A DNA stretch of 64,000 nucleotides from Octopus vulgaris (GCA_951406725.2 OX597821.1:39432001-39496000), one strand, 5' to 3'; shown: positions 36,215-51,295, counted from the stretch's first letter. Notes: generated by a model from the letters alone, not told the origin. Numbers and translations: made by a program.

Positions 36215-39200
36215 TAATTTCTCTCAGGAAGATCAAGGGAAACAACTCTGACTATATTTTCATCTTATTAGGTTACAAGTATCTTATTTTTACATACCAA
36301 GCATTAGACTTACTGACAAAATATACTAGCTATATATGTGTGTGTATGTGAGAGTTAGTACGTGTGAAAATTTTTTTATGTCAGTTAACACAAAAATTAC
36401 TACCAGAATTCTTGTATTCTATTGGCTGTTTGCATCAATTCAAAGAATATTATGAGAGTGGAAACTTCATGTTTTAACGAACACTCTTTACTAGAGAAAA
36501 CTTCTGTCAGTTATGTCCCTTTACCATAAGAAAAATATTTTTCTCTCCTATTATATTGTCCAATTATAGAATCAGATAAAAAGAGCTACGAAGTCAAGCT
36601 TTTAAGTTTTTACGCCCTGATATTCTTTCAGGTTGACAGACATCTATATTTCATAGAACAGTTTAAAAAAATATATTTCTGCAAGCATAGTGGCATATTT
36701 CTCTCTCATGATACCCTTTACAATGAATGCAATGGACAAAACAGGAATCTTTCATGTTTACAGGAGTTCAAGCATATAAGATATGCAAGCAATTATCTCC
36801 ATTTTAGACATAAACTACTTTTCTCTTTTTAGTGCTACATTTCTTCTCCAAGAATGTGGCTTCTGATGAAAGAATCTTGCTTTGAACAACTTTGATTCAA
36901 CATCTATTCATCGAACATATTGGTAACCAGCGTGAATGGAAGAGATTTTCAACTTCTTGTTGTCTGCTTTGAACCATTTAACTTATCTCGGTTGGAACAG
37001 TCTTTTTACTTTAGTCATACCAAACAGTGTATGGCATTCTCTCCCTACAAAACAATAGGAATTGGTACCGACAAAAATAATGAATGCCTGAAAGTTGAAG
37101 TCATTTTAAGATGAGGCAGTATAGAATTTTAGTATGGAACAACTATTGTTTGTAAGATTTATCACATAAAAAGTTATGGCATCAATGAAGATCAGCTACT
37201 TTAAGTTCAATAATGGAGAATGTTCTGATGCTAGTACATATATTTTTCAGAATTCCTGGTTTTTGAATAAAGATTTTACATACTTATTTGGGCATGTCAC
37301 TGTATCTTCAAACATGCATCTCTTTGTATGACGTACAGTTAAGATACTCAGTGGTTTATACTCTACACGGCCAAAGTCTTCTGACTGACTGTCTTACGTA
37401 AACCAAATCATTTATAAAAACATCCCTGAAGAACTTGTAATATATCATTATCATCACTGTTTAACATCCGTTTTCCATGTTGGCATGGGTTGGACGGTTT
37501 GACATGGAGCTGGCCATCTGGGAAACTGTCTGGGCTCCAATTGTCTGTTGTGGCATGGTTTCTATGGCTGCATGTCCTTCCTAACGCCATACACACATAC
37601 TTTGATTTTGTATCTGGTGTGCAAGATTCTTTATGTGAATTCATGTGTTGAAGCAAATTATGTTGTGTCTGAGGAGAGTTATATTGTCTTAATGCCTTAT
37701 CTAACACACTCACTGGTTTGATTTATATTTTTTCTTCCAAAATTTTCGTTGCTTTTGCAATAATGAGACAGAGTCAACATCCATTGGCAAGGTTGCAAAA
37801 GCAACGAAAATATTGGTAGAAAAAATATAGATAATAAATGAGTGGAAATTGCACTGGTGTCTAAAGGCATTAAGACAAGATGGCTCTCTCCAGACACAAT
37901 ATATATATATATGGCATCAAAAGCGGTGTGGTGAGTGAATCGTTAGCATAGTGGGCAAGGTGCTTAGTGGTATTTAACCTATCTTTATGCTCTGAGTTCA
38001 AATTCCACCCAATCTTTCATCCTTTTGGGATTATTAAAATCAATACCAGTGAGTACTGGGTCAATGTAAATGACTTACCTCCTCTCCCAAAATTGCTGGC
38101 CTTGTGCCAAGATTTGAGACCAGTAAATCAATGATACATATTTGTCTAACCCAGTCTAGCATGAAAAACTGGTGTAAAAAATGGATGAAAGAATACAGCA
38201 ATATTCCTGACAGTATTGCTGTGATGTTCCTCCTGAGAAAGATACAAATTTTAAGTGACAAACATTCATTGTTCTCATAACTTAAAATATATTTTCTTTA
38301 GTTATAAGATTTTTAAAATTCTCAATATGTTGCAGTAACATGTTCAAATTATAGGCGCAGGAGTGGCTCTGTGGTAAGCAGCTTGCTTACCAACCACATG
38401 GTTCTGGGTTCAATCCCCTTGACTAAAGGCAGTGCTCCATCATGGCCACAGTCAAATGACTGAAACAAATAAAAGAAAAAAAAAGTATTATTTAGTTTGA
38501 GGCCAAGAATTCTGCTCTCTCACAGCTTTTGCTACCATTTTCCAAGACGCTGCAAGTATGTCTATATAAATGAAACAGTCCTGTAACATTAGCATTCCCA
38601 TTCCTTCTTCCACACAAATTGACATTGCTATGTCCTTTACCAGAGCTTTTCCATTACCAAATAATAATTTTTATATTCATTTTCTAAGCCTCCTCTGCAT
38701 ATTTGTTGAAAGATTTTTTATTTGGTTTCTCTGTTTCCTCTACAGAAGTAAGAACACCTATAACATTAAGGCCTTGAACTGCTTAGATGGATTTCTGACT
38801 TATATTTAGCATCCATTACCTTGGTACAGTCATTTCTATGATCTCTCCAATCTTTAATATAATATTTTGATGTTATAAGATATGCTGGTCTTTAAGTTAT
38901 TCCACAAGCACAATGTATGAAATGTGTTGATGTGTAAAGTGTGGGATATGACTTATTACCTAGGTGATCAAGGTAAGGCTGCTGGTGAAGTTAGAAAGAA
39001 ACGGTGCAAGACAAGAGCTGAGAGCAATCAGGTGTTAAATGTAATGGCTAAAATTGTTGTTGTTGATCAGTCATATATCAGCCATGGTTGTGCAGACTTC
39101 TGCTGCATAATAATATTCCAGCCTTCATGCTTCTGAGTTTCTTTTCTATGTCCTTCTATGTAGATAATGAGATGTGATCTTAGAGATTTTTGGGTGTTAT

Positions 39201-39504
39201 TTCTTGTTGGTCAAGCAGTAATGCTGAATCTCACACAGGTGACTCCATTGATATAAATATGTGAGGCAAATAACTGAACTATGATGGGTCGCAAAGTGCT
39301 GACTGTGAAATATCACTGGGGTGGCTGAAGAGCAATTAAAAGCAAAAGAATTGTTGGCTTGGATGTAAATATAATGCAGTTTTGAGATGACTAGAATACA
39401 TAACAGGATGAGGAATAGTTGTAGTCTGTAGATTCATTTGATATTTATATTAAAGTACTAACAGATATACCTGGCATTGCCTAGTGCTTTTTTTTTATTT
39501 TGAT

Positions 39505-39835
39505 AAGCCTGGTACTTATTCTATCAGTTTCTTCTTGTCAAACCAGTAAGTTATGAGGATGTAAATAAACTAACAGCAGTTGCGAAGCAGTGATGAGGGA
39601 GAAACACAGAGTCAAAGACACACACATACACTTACTTACATACATACATACATACATACATATGTACATACATATACGCACACACACACAATTGATTTCT
39701 TTGAGTTTCTGTCTACAAAGCTTTGGTTGGTCTGAGGCTATAGCAGAAGACATGCAAAATCACCACACAGTGGGACTGAATGCAGGACCATGTGTTTTGG
39801 AACCAAGTTTCTTACCACACAGCCACACCTGCACC
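39505..39835 (-). mobile_element. Decayed SINE family A-related copy
   Basis: cttaccacacagccacacctgcacc head; aagcctggtacttattctatc tail segment. Confidence 0.65.
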
Positions 39836-39945
39836 TATGTATATATGTGTGTGTGTGTGTATGTATGGGTGTATATATGTATGCATGTATATATGTGTAC
39901 ATATATATATATACATCTACACATATACATCTATATATATAAACA

Positions 39946-40328
39946 CTAGCAGTATCGTCCGGCGTTGCTCAGTTTGTAAGGGAAATAACTATAAAGCATT
40001 TTTAGAGAGTTATAGCCAAAAAATAGCAAAAAAATGGAAAAAAAATGATGGTAAATTTTTTTTGAGAGTTAAAAAAGGTGGAGTTGCGTCCCCATGACGG
40101 TCTGTGGTTTGGGTTTCTGATTCTCGACCCCATGTCGAATTTATCGATTTTTTTCAGAACTGGGGGAACTTTTCAAAATTTTCGCTGCGTTAGTTTTGAA
40201 TTATGACATTGGGCTATGTGTGTGTCAAGTTTCATCAGAATCGGTTGAAAGCCGTGGTCAGAGTGAGGGTACGAGAAAACAGACACACAGAAAACGCACA
40301 GACAAACTGCCGTTTATATAGAGAGAGA
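39946..40328 (-). mobile_element. Non-autonomous Helitron, second copy
   Basis: Very high identity to 35829..36214, same TC/CTAG ends. Confidence 0.85.
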
Positions 40329-40348
40329 TGTATACATATATATACATC

Positions 40349-40384
<36 letters not shown>

Positions 40385-40970
40385 CACATCTATATATATA
40401 CATTTGTGCAGATGTATACATATATATATATATATATGCATAATATATATATGTATGTATGCCTGTATATATGTGACATAATAGTTTCACTTTAATAGTT
40501 TCAGTATTAAACTATGAAAGTGAAAATATCTGACATTACAATAGAGAGATGTTATTGTTTCACTTTTGACACGTAATACTAAAATAGTAGAGAAGATATG
40601 ATATTGCTCTGGGCTCGCACTAGGCAAGAAGTTAAAACTTTTTTGACCCTATGACCCTACATGGACCCTAAGTAAGGCATGTGTAAAATTTGAATGAAAT
40701 TGGTTGTGTAGTTCTCATGTTTGAGAGATTCACACAGACACACATTCTCATCTTTATATATATATAGATTTGATAAGGAAGGTGCTTGTGCAAGTGTGTG
40801 TACATGTATATTAATATATCTAACTAACCGACTTCACGGCAGGAGGTGCAGATGAGGGCAGCTGCATCGAACTCTCTCATGCACCAAATGGCAGTTGCTA
40901 AAAAGCTTTCGTGAAGTAAAACCAAGTAGCAACACCAAATGGCATGGCCACAGCTCATGAGCTGAAACTA

Positions 40971-41203
<233 letters not shown>

Positions 41204-41495
41204 AACAGGTAAGCAGACAGTCCTTGAAACAGTATTATTTTTAAAAAAATGAATAGAATTGGTTTTTCTGATGATTTTTCCACTTTAATGATTAGATGTT
41301 TGTGAATTATGAGGAGTTAATAAATTGTGTTTATAAAGACCTAATAATTTATAAACATTTTATTAAAATTATCTGCAAAGTTACTTTTATTAATTTTTCC
41401 AAATATGTGTGTCTGTGTGTATTGTCAGTAAATCACAAATCTGCTTATCCGTGGTTTTTACAGCTGGTATGTTTGTACGTAAGCATGCATGTATC

Positions 41496-42187
41496 TGTCA
41501 CTATTCAGTTTATTTCAAGATTTCTTGCCAATAGAGAAAGAACCAGTTTCTAACCTAGATCCAAGGTTCCTTCATTGGAATTTCAACAACATCAACATGC
41601 GGATTTGTATGTTTGCATTCTCATGCATATAGTTGCATATCTAGACATGTTCATATATATTTAAATGATAAACTTCTGGAAAGTTTTACAGATTTTTACA
41701 GTTCCAGTGGTGGATTGGATCTGTAGTCTTCAATATGTATGTACATATGCACGTATGTATGTGTGTGTGGATGTATGTATGTCATTATTCAATTTTATTT
41801 CAAGATTTCTTACCTATAGAGTAAGGCTCCTTCACTGGAATTTCAATATAAACAAGAGAGTATTTTTGTTTGTATGTATATATGCAGGTTTGTATGTTTT
41901 GCTTTATGTATGCATTCTCATGCATATAGTTGCATATCTACTCATGCTCATATATATTTTAAATGATAAGCTTCTGGAAAGTTTTAAAGATTTTTACAGT
42001 TCCAGTGATGGACTGGATCTGTAGTCTTTGAATTAGCTTTATCCTTTCTGGTTTTGAGAAGCCTAATTTCTCAAGATTGGTATTTAGGCCATGTGTTACG
42101 TATCCCAGAGCCCCAACGATCACAAGTATAAACCTGAACTTGTAATCTGATAGAGTAACTGCAGATTTCTCAATAGTTCACTTTTTG
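41496..42187 (-). mobile_element. 3' end of an R4-like RLE retrotransposon, two tandem truncated copies (41496..41730 and 41781..42187)
   Basis: Minus-strand peptide ELLRNLQLLY/DYKFRFILVIVGALGYVTHGLNTNLEKLGFSKPERIKLIQRLQIQSITGTVKIFKTF (RLE C-terminus); duplicated 3' UTR. Confidence 0.75.
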
Positions 42188-42632
42188 TATGTAAATAAAT
42201 GTATTTACAGTGATTCTTCCAAAATATAACAATGTGTGTTTGTGTTTATAATGAAATAACCAAAATGCTGTAATGTCATGGGTTCAGGATTTCTTATTAT
42301 TGTGAAAAGACAAAGCACTCATTTCAAACAGAGGAAGTTTAATATCATCCAATTCTGTAGCTATGACTTGGAACAAACACAAATTTGGATTCCATTTACA
42401 TTGTATAAAATATTGGTTTCTTTCAGTAGACTTTCTTCTTTGTGGAAGTTATTTTAATTTTGATTTCTTAAAGCGATTCTTTCATCTTAATGTTTTTCAC
42501 TTTCAAAATCTTTTCATATTACTTTTGATATTCTAGTTTACGTAGAACCAACATTGCATACAAGCATGATCACTTTATAAGTTCTTTTTTCTTTTATATA
42601 AACTGACTGCATTTATATACATATGCATATAC

Positions 42633-42664
<32 letters not shown>

Positions 42665-42883
42665 ATATAAATACATATATTTTTATGTATATGTGGACTG
42701 TCACTTTGTTGGTTATGATGATGAGGGTTCCAGATGAATTATTAAAAATTAATATAAGCAGCTAGGCACATTATAAAACAACACGATAAAAGTTTAATCA
42801 TCCCTAATTGTGACTGAGGGTGCTGAATAGCACCTATATTGCAAGAAATAAGAGTTAAAACCCTTAATCTTACATTAAACTCA

Positions 42884-42943
<60 letters not shown>

Positions 42944-42983
42944 TGTATGTATTATGATTAAATTTTTCCTATACATATATATA

Positions 42984-43375
42984 GGTGCAGGAGTGGCTGT
43001 GTGGTAAGTAGCTTGCTTACGAACCACATGGTTCCGGGTTCAGTTCCACTGCATGGCACCTTGGGCAAGTGTCTTCTACTATAGCCTCAGGCCGAACAAA
43101 GCCTTGTGAGTGGATTTGGTAGACAGAAACTGAAAGAAGCCCGTCATATATATGTATATATATATGTATGTGTATATGTTTGTGTGTCTGTGTTTGTCCC
43201 CACAACATCGCTTGACAACCGATGCTGGTGTGTTTACGTCCCCGTAACTTAGCGTTTCAGCAAAAGAGACCGATAGAATAAGTACTAGGCTTACAAAGAA
43301 TAAGTCCTGGGGTTGATTTGCTAAACTAAAAGGTGGTGCTCCAGCATGACCACAGTCAAGTAAAAGAGTAAAAAG
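42984..43375 (+). mobile_element. tRNA-derived SINE family A
   Basis: Full copy within a TA tract. Confidence 0.9.
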
Positions 43376-43379
43376 ACTA

Positions 43380-43432
<53 letters not shown>

Positions 43433-43679
43433 ATAATAAATATGATATACACCTAGTAATTTGCTAGTTAAGCAGCTTCATTGTCTATGGTTAGCTGATG
43501 TGATCTGCACTATTATTATACATGTCACTATATCTACATCAGGAATTTGTCAGTTCATTGGGTATTTAATTAATGAGAGAGAGGGAAGATGGAATATACA
43601 AGAATATTTATTGATCATTACAAGCGTTTCAGTCAATCTAGCTTTGATCCCTCATGGGTGGGATACTGTACAACTAGTG

Positions 43680-45412
43680 CATCATCATCATTATTTAACA
43701 TCCACTTTCCATGCTGGCATGGGTTGGACAGCTTGACTGAGGACTGCCAAGCCAGGAGGCTGCACTAGGCTCCAATATGATCTGGCAAGGTTTCTACAGC
43801 TGGATGCTCTTCCTAATGCCAACAACTCAGAGTGTAGAGGGTGCTTTTACATGCCATTGGCATGGGGGCCAGTCAGGTGACACTGGCAACAAAGCCGCTC
43901 AAAGGGTGCGTTTTACATGCCACCAGCACAGGACCAGTCAGGCAGCACTGACATCAACCATGTTTGTCTTGTGCTTTTTATGTGCCACTGGCATGGGGGC
44001 CAGTTAGGTGGTACCAGCATCAGCCATGACAATGATTTCATTTGACTCAACAGGTCTTCTCAAGCATAGCATAATGCCCAATAATTGAAGAGCACTCTTA
44101 AATGGGTCTGTTATGCGACACTGGCATAGACCATGGCTACGGTCTCAAGCTCAGCATATCTCCAAAGGTCTCAGTCGCTTGTCATTGCCTTCATGAGGCC
44201 CAACATTTGAAGGATATGCTTTACCACCTCATCCAAGGTCTTCCTCCACTGTTAGGATGTGACACATTTTCACAAAGCTGTCCTCATCCATATGCAACAC
44301 ATGACCATACCAGTGCAGTTGTCTCTCTTGCATACCACAACTGATGCCTCTTGTGTCCAGATAAGGGATAGGGGGGATCCTGTCAAATGCTTTCTCCATG
44401 TCAACAAAAGCCAAGTACAGAGGTTTATCTTTGTCTAGGAATTTCTCCTGCAGCTGCCTTACCAGAAGTGTAGTATCAGTAGTGCTTCTCCTGGCACAAA
44501 CCCAAACTGCATCTTATCTGGACTGACTCTCTCCCTAATTAGTCAGGTTATGACCCTCTCAGTGACTTTTATGGCCTGATCCAACAACTTGTAATTATTC
44601 GTATGTAATGTGTCACCTTTACCTTTGTAGCAGTTGTCTATGGTGCTGCTACACCAACCTTTGGGTATGACTCCTTCATGTGTCACCTGATTGACTATAC
44701 AGGTGACTAGACTATAGCCGACACCACCAGACATTTTGAGCATCTCTGTGGTGATTCCTGAAGGGTTGGGAGCTTTCCCTGTCTTCATACCCTTAATTGC
44801 TTTATCTACAAAGGTACTGTCAATTTGGATAACTGATCCCTCTGTTGGGCTGACATTTGGCGGACTTTCTTTCTCCCATCCATTCTCTCCATTTAGCAAC
44901 CTTTCACAGTGGTGTCTCCAAGTCTCTCGTTTTGCAGCACCATTAAATGCAAGTGAGCCATCATCCATGCAGACACATTACTCTCCTAGGACATCAGTTT
45001 TCTTTCACACACTGTCTTGCAACACGAAACACTTCAAGTCTTTGGTCCTCACGATGCAGAACATTGGCAAATTTTTTCTTATCTGCTTCCCCTCTGGCTA
45101 AGTAAACCTGTCTCCTAGCTTCCCTTCTGGCAGTCTGATACAGTTCCCTGCTACCAACATTCTTCCATGTCCCTGTCAGCTACATTGTTCCACCACCATG
45201 TTACCTTAGGTCAGGAGGGTACTTTGCACCATCCACAGATCTGGTCAGTAGCCCTCAACTGGTTGTCCCATAGGAACCTCCAGTTGTCTGTGATGCTATA
45301 TCCTCCTCTTTTTTGTCAGAATCTTCAAGTAATTCATCTCTAAATCTCTGTCCATTCAGAAGATCCTTAAGCTTCCAGACCCTTCTTTTCTATGCTGGTC
45401 GCCTTCTGGGCA
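43680..45412 (-). pseudogene. RTE-clade LINE remnant with RT fragments
   Basis: KAIKGMKTGKAPNPSGITTEMLK, YKGKGD, AFVDMEKAFDRIP, ERQLHWYGHVLHM; internal deletion; (GAT)n tail. Confidence 0.9.
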
Positions 45413-45436
45413 TCTATACATAGGTATATATATATA

Positions 45437-45662
45437 TATAATACAAATAAGAAAATGGAGTAACAAATTTAGTTTGTTCATCAACTTTCGGATATTAGAA
45501 TGTTGGATTATTTATTCATTCAACAAAATGAGAACCCCAATATCATACATATATACCTTATAGGTTCTCATTTTGTTGAATGAATAAATAATCCAACATT
45601 CTAATATCCGAAAGTTGATGAACAAACTAAATTTGTTTCTCCATTTTCTTATTTGTATTATA
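45437..45662. repeat. Near-perfect 100-bp inverted repeat with 26-nt spacer
   Basis: 45437..45536 versus 45563..45662, one mismatch seen. Confidence 0.95.
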
Positions 45663-45874
45663 AATTTACGGTAAAAATATTTCTTTACCTTCACCCGTTT
45701 AATACAATAAATGATTAAATTGCATTGCAATTAAAAACATTTATGTATTAAGAATCTGGGTACTGTACTGACAGTATATTGGATAAATACTATCCCATAG
45801 TGGGTTACACCCATAACCCCTATCTTACTTTGTATATATATATATATATGTATAAATACATACACACACACATA

Positions 45875-45915
<41 letters not shown>

Positions 45916-46203
45916 AAATACATACACACACACATACCTATATATGCATATATATTTCTAGTGTAATATATGATTTATAGAATCATGTGGCTATCATAGA
46001 AAGGTGCTCCAGCAGACCCAGCTTGCAAACCACATAGTAATCCAATATGGAGGAGTTTGATAGAGGTCTATGCAGCTGAAATCAAGGAGATCTAATTGAT
46101 GGAATTATTTCATAAGGAGTATGTACCGCCTGACATTTTATACTTTGCTTATATCTATCTACCTACATACCTATCTATCTCCGTCCACCCCTCTCCCTTT
46201 CTC

Positions 46204-46247
<44 letters not shown>

Positions 46248-46919
46248 TGTATGTATGTCAATGTACATGTATATACACACTACACACACACACCTGCATA
46301 TTTATGTATCTTCATCTTAATGGCTTAGTCTTTGTATAACTCTTTCCAAGGCTCCTGAGTCTGATGGGAAGAAAGAAAGAAGTTTTTCTCCCCAGACTTG
46401 AAACCAAGTCCATATATAAATAAACTCTGCTAAAAGCAATGAAGAACTTAATGATGGAATTGAACTCAGTGATGGATGAAGCCTAATTCTCAAAGTGAGA
46501 GAGAGAGAAAAGAAGGAAAGAGTCATCATCAATTCATTCTGGAATTATTTTAACGAGGTTATTAAGTAACATAATACTTACTCAAATGCCATGCAATTAT
46601 ATCTAAGCGTATAATGCCTGTGCATGTACATGCATTGCATATACAGCAGTGGTGTGTTGAATGGATGTAATATTTGGCAAATTCTTGAAATATAATTTTA
46701 AAAATGCTGATATTCATTAAAGTATTCAATGTCAGAGCTTTAGTCTGGATTCCATAACTGTGGATTGCCGTATCAAGACAATTACCCCCTCTCTGATAAT
46801 ATTAAGAAGTTTTAAAGGGATAATTGTCTTGGGGGTGGGTGGATTATTGTCCATGATGGTGAGCTAAATGTCCTTGCCTCGTGGATTGCGTGTATGCAGA
46901 TGACTTTTGAGTTAGAATT

Positions 46920-47620
46920 GTAATGTTGCACAGTAGTGAATGAGACCTTGGTGTTGGATGAAGAGGACTTGAGAAGACAGAAAACAAATGAAGCAAGTAT
47001 GCTATGTTGGATGTGCAATGTAGATATGCATGAACATCATCATCATCATTGTTTAACGTCCACTTTCCATGCTAGCATGGATTGGACGATTTTGACTGAG
47101 GACTGGCAAGCCAGATGGCTACACCAGGCTCCAATCTTGATCTGGCAGAGTTTCTACAGCTGGATGCTCTCCCTAACACCAACCACTCCGAGAGTGTAGT
47201 GGATGCTTTTTACATGCCATGAGGCCAGTCAGGCGGTACTGGCAATGACCTTGCTTGGATTTTTTTACACATGCCACCAGCACAGGTGCCAATAAGGCGA
47301 CGTTGGTAACAATCATACTCGAATGGTGCCGTTTTATGTGCCATGAAGCACAAATGTGTTGAGTGAAAAACAAAGCACAAGAGGAATCCCCGAAGTAGTG
47401 TGCAAGAAAAAAGACTAGACTAGTACAGCTGCGATGGATGGGGACAAGAAGTACCAATTTTTCATATAAATGGAACTTGCTGATGTGGGAGACCCAGGAA
47501 GACATGAGATGAAGTGGTGAAAACTGATCTCATGATTTTGAACCTCAAAAAGATGACAAAAGACTGGAATAACTGGTGATATGTGGTTCTTAAGTAGACC
47601 AGCCCATCTTGACACACCTC
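46920..47620 (+). mobile_element. Old RTE C-terminal remnant interrupted by a younger minus-strand RTE 3' end (47035..47345)
   Basis: ETLVLDEEDLRRQKTNEASMLCWMCNV before the insert; degenerate continuation after it. Confidence 0.6.
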
Positions 47621-50382
47621 AGTCCTGTCTGGTAGAGCTATGAGTGTATGCACCAGTGGGCACCTCCCATGATTCCCTTCCTTCACAAGATACTCTCCAC
47701 CACCCATCACTTTCCTACCTGCATCTCTCCTTGAAACGATTTACTTTTCTACCCAGAATCATTCCACTTGTTATCTACCCTTCTCCCATCGATACTGTTC
47801 AATCCATCCATACTTTCATCGATTCCCCTCACCACTGAGCCACCACTTATCTCTCTTCATGTCTCTCTCTTTCTCACCCAACTCTTGCAACCTACCCAAC
47901 ATCATTCCTTTCTCGTTCTTCTCCTGTCTACCCTTTATCATTACTTTTCTGCTGTCAGCCATCTCCTCACACCTGTTTCCTCTGCTTCACAAATTTCTAC
48001 CTGTCTCTTGAAGGACCATATTGGTATCTTTATTTTTACCTCTTGCCAACCACACTCAGTTACTCCCATCATCTTTCCTAAAATGTGAGAAGTCATGTGA
48101 TTAAATGTAATTAAATGCATCGAGAAACCTGTTCTCCCCTCGCTCTTTTTCTCATACTTTTACCCATCTTTAACCTCCCCCCCCGCTATTTCCTTGTATA
48201 AAGTTTGTTGCTTTAGGCTCAATGTCTTGTTAACTGAACAGTGGGTTCACTAGTGCTGGTAGCAAGAATAAAGTATCCAGCAGCAAAACAGATACGGAAA
48301 CATAATGCAGTCTTTGGACCCGTGTGATCCTGTCGAACCATGCAACTCATACCAGCAAGGAACAGGGAAGTTAAATGATGCTGATGATGATGATGTAATG
48401 ACTTACTGCAGCACTTCTCAAAATTGACAATATCACACCTAGGGACAGTGGGAAATTTTATATGGGTACAAGAGACAAAGGTGGTGGTGAGGGCGGTAAG
48501 TTGCCCTAATTTTCAAAAATATTCTAAAATTTTAATCATCGGGCTTGCAGTTGTGATTAAAATATTGCTTTGACATTCCAGACTACATTGATGAAATAAC
48601 TTATATACAAGAAGTCTTTTAAGGGCAATGAACATGTTGGCAGCAATGTTATTCTGGTGTACTTAATTTTGTCAAGGGGGCATTGAAACAGTAATTTCAA
48701 AAGAAAAAGGGGTGAGGTGATAATTAAAAATATGCGGAAAGTGATGGTTTAATTGAACTAGATCTCCTCTATGGCTGTTCTGAATTCCTGGTTTGGTAAT
48801 CAGTGAGTCATTTGATAAAATAGCAACTTTGAACTTGATGTTCTGATATTGTGAAAGTTCACCATTCACTAAATGAATAAATATATTCTATAAAATGTTG
48901 TATTAAGTACTCTCCTCTTCCACCTCCTCCTTCTCTTCATCCTCCCCCTCTTCCTCTTTATTCTAACATAAACATAATGTGATCTGATGTAACCAATCAT
49001 ATTTATATACTGATCTTGACTGATTGTTGTTGTTGATGATGATGATGATGGGGTTAGCTATTGTGACAAGTATTACATCTATGGAGCTACTAATAGAATT
49101 ACTATTAAATTTGTCAAGAACTCCACGGAACACTTTTGTTCTTGAAGCTGTATTGTTCTCATTTGGAATTAAGTGACTTGGGAAGTTATTCCATTTTACC
49201 ATTTGCTACTTAAAAGCATGGAATTTGGTGTTTTGTGAGAAAAAATTTCTTTAAACATTGACAGAAATTTCCTGTTCTTCCAGTGATTTTTCTAAAGAAC
49301 ACCTGTGGTTGAAAGAAAATCTTTTGATCACAAACACCTGAAATTCATGAAACAGTTATTGATCTTTGTGTTGAACTAACAACACAAAAGCATAATATAT
49401 TTAGAAATAAATAAATACTATATAAAATAAGAGCAAAACAGATAGAAATGTCTGATTCTTTAAAGAAACATTATGGCATATATTGGATGTTGTTAGATTG
49501 TTATGATTCTAATCTGTTACTAATCAATATCTTTGCAAATTATCTTGTTTCTTCATTGAAAGGTTTTCTATTAGTTTGGCTCATGTTGTTTTTCTTGGGA
49601 TTATATAAAACTAATTCTATGTTTGATTCGTTTCTTCATCTTTATTTAATTCTCATTTGCTTTATTTGATATCCGTAGTATCTAAATCAAATTATTATGT
49701 TTGCTACTTCAGAATGCAACCATATAACGATATAAAGTGCTGTGGCATAAATTCCGATCATTGCATTCGGAGAGTTTAATTGAACATCAGGACAACTGTT
49801 AACTTTCTGTCAGTGACTGGTACATTTTCTAACAAAATTCAGATAAAATATGGAAATATTTTATTCACTATTTACAACATATAAAAAAAAAACTTAGTTA
49901 AAGTGTAACACTGTATTTGTAACATAATCTTTTCCAGAAATGGAATATGCAAGCATTCCTCCTCCAAGTCTCTGACTAAATATTCAAATCAAAAGAGCAA
50001 AAATGGTGTCAGCCAGGCCCTCAAACTTTATAGTGTTGGTTAGGTAACTAAGCTTTCAGTTTTCTCCTGGTGCTTGGTGTTAATTAAACAGAGACAGCAG
50101 TCAGTTCTTGTTTGGTATTTAGTTGAAGTGTAACTACTGCCATGATATCCAAGTCCACCAATACAATAAATGAAGATATCTTTCAAACATATACTGCACT
50201 CTATGGCTGATATTGGTTTCAAATTTTGTCAGAAGGCCAGTAATTTGAGGGGAGGGGTTCAAGTTGATTACACTGCCCCTAGTACTGATACTTATTTTAT
50301 TGACCCTGGAAAGGATTTGAACTTAAAATGTAAAGAAGGACGAAATGCTGCTTGGCATTTTGCCTGACATTCTAATGATTCT

Positions 50383-50610
50383 TATTTCTTTATTGCCCAC
50401 AAGGGGCTAAGCATTGAGGGGACAAACAAGGACAGACAAACGGATTAAGTCGATTACATCAACCCCAGTATGTAACTGGTACTTAATTTATCAACCCCGA
50501 AAAGATGAAAGGCAAAGTCGACCTCAGCGGAATTTGAACTCAGAACATAGCAGATGAAATGCCGCTAAGCATTTCGCCCAGCATGCTAATGTTTCTGCCA
50601 GCTTGCGGCC
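50383..50610 (-). mobile_element. Young Meta-type SINE with 13-bp TSD, nested in an older Meta-type SINE (~50211..50638)
   Basis: TSD ttctaatgattct at 50370..50382 and 50611..50623. Confidence 0.88.
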
Positions 50611-51295
50611 TTCTAATGATTCTACCAGCTCGTTGCCTTCTCCATTGCTAATACTAGCAACAATCTATTATTACATTTTATTTGAGAATACTTCAGGCAG
50701 TTTTTTTCTGCTTAATATATTAACCACTGGCTTCCGTGTATTTTCTCATGGTCCACTCAATTCATTATAAACTTTACATGAAATTTATTATTTTTAAACA
50801 ATTTTTGTTCTGTCATAAAAGATTTCAAAGAACCAGAAAATAATGGAATAATGGAGATATAAACAGTAATCTCTGCTGTCTGCATGTCTGTAGTACAGAG
50901 ATCATGCCACTACCATGGCACGCTAGAACCGGTGCCATAGTCACAAACAGATATTGAATTAATTACCAATATCATTATGATTCCACTGTTTACAGTGAGT
51001 AAGACATTAGGATTCTTTATGATAGTCAGATGAACTGGAACTTGACATCTCAAACTGTGGTTCTGGTGATAAGATAAAACTTGATAACCATATCTTAAAG
51101 AGATTTCTATTTAAAGCTACAGATTTGCGTTTGTGTGAATAACTCTTGTAGAAAGGAAGAAGTTGTATTTTGTCCATTGTTAATCTGAATTTGATAATGG
51201 AACATTTCTAATTTCATTAAAAATATTGTTGAGATATGATGTATTGCTTTTAATTTAATCTGAGAACAATGAAGAAATAGTTCCGGTAAATAATA

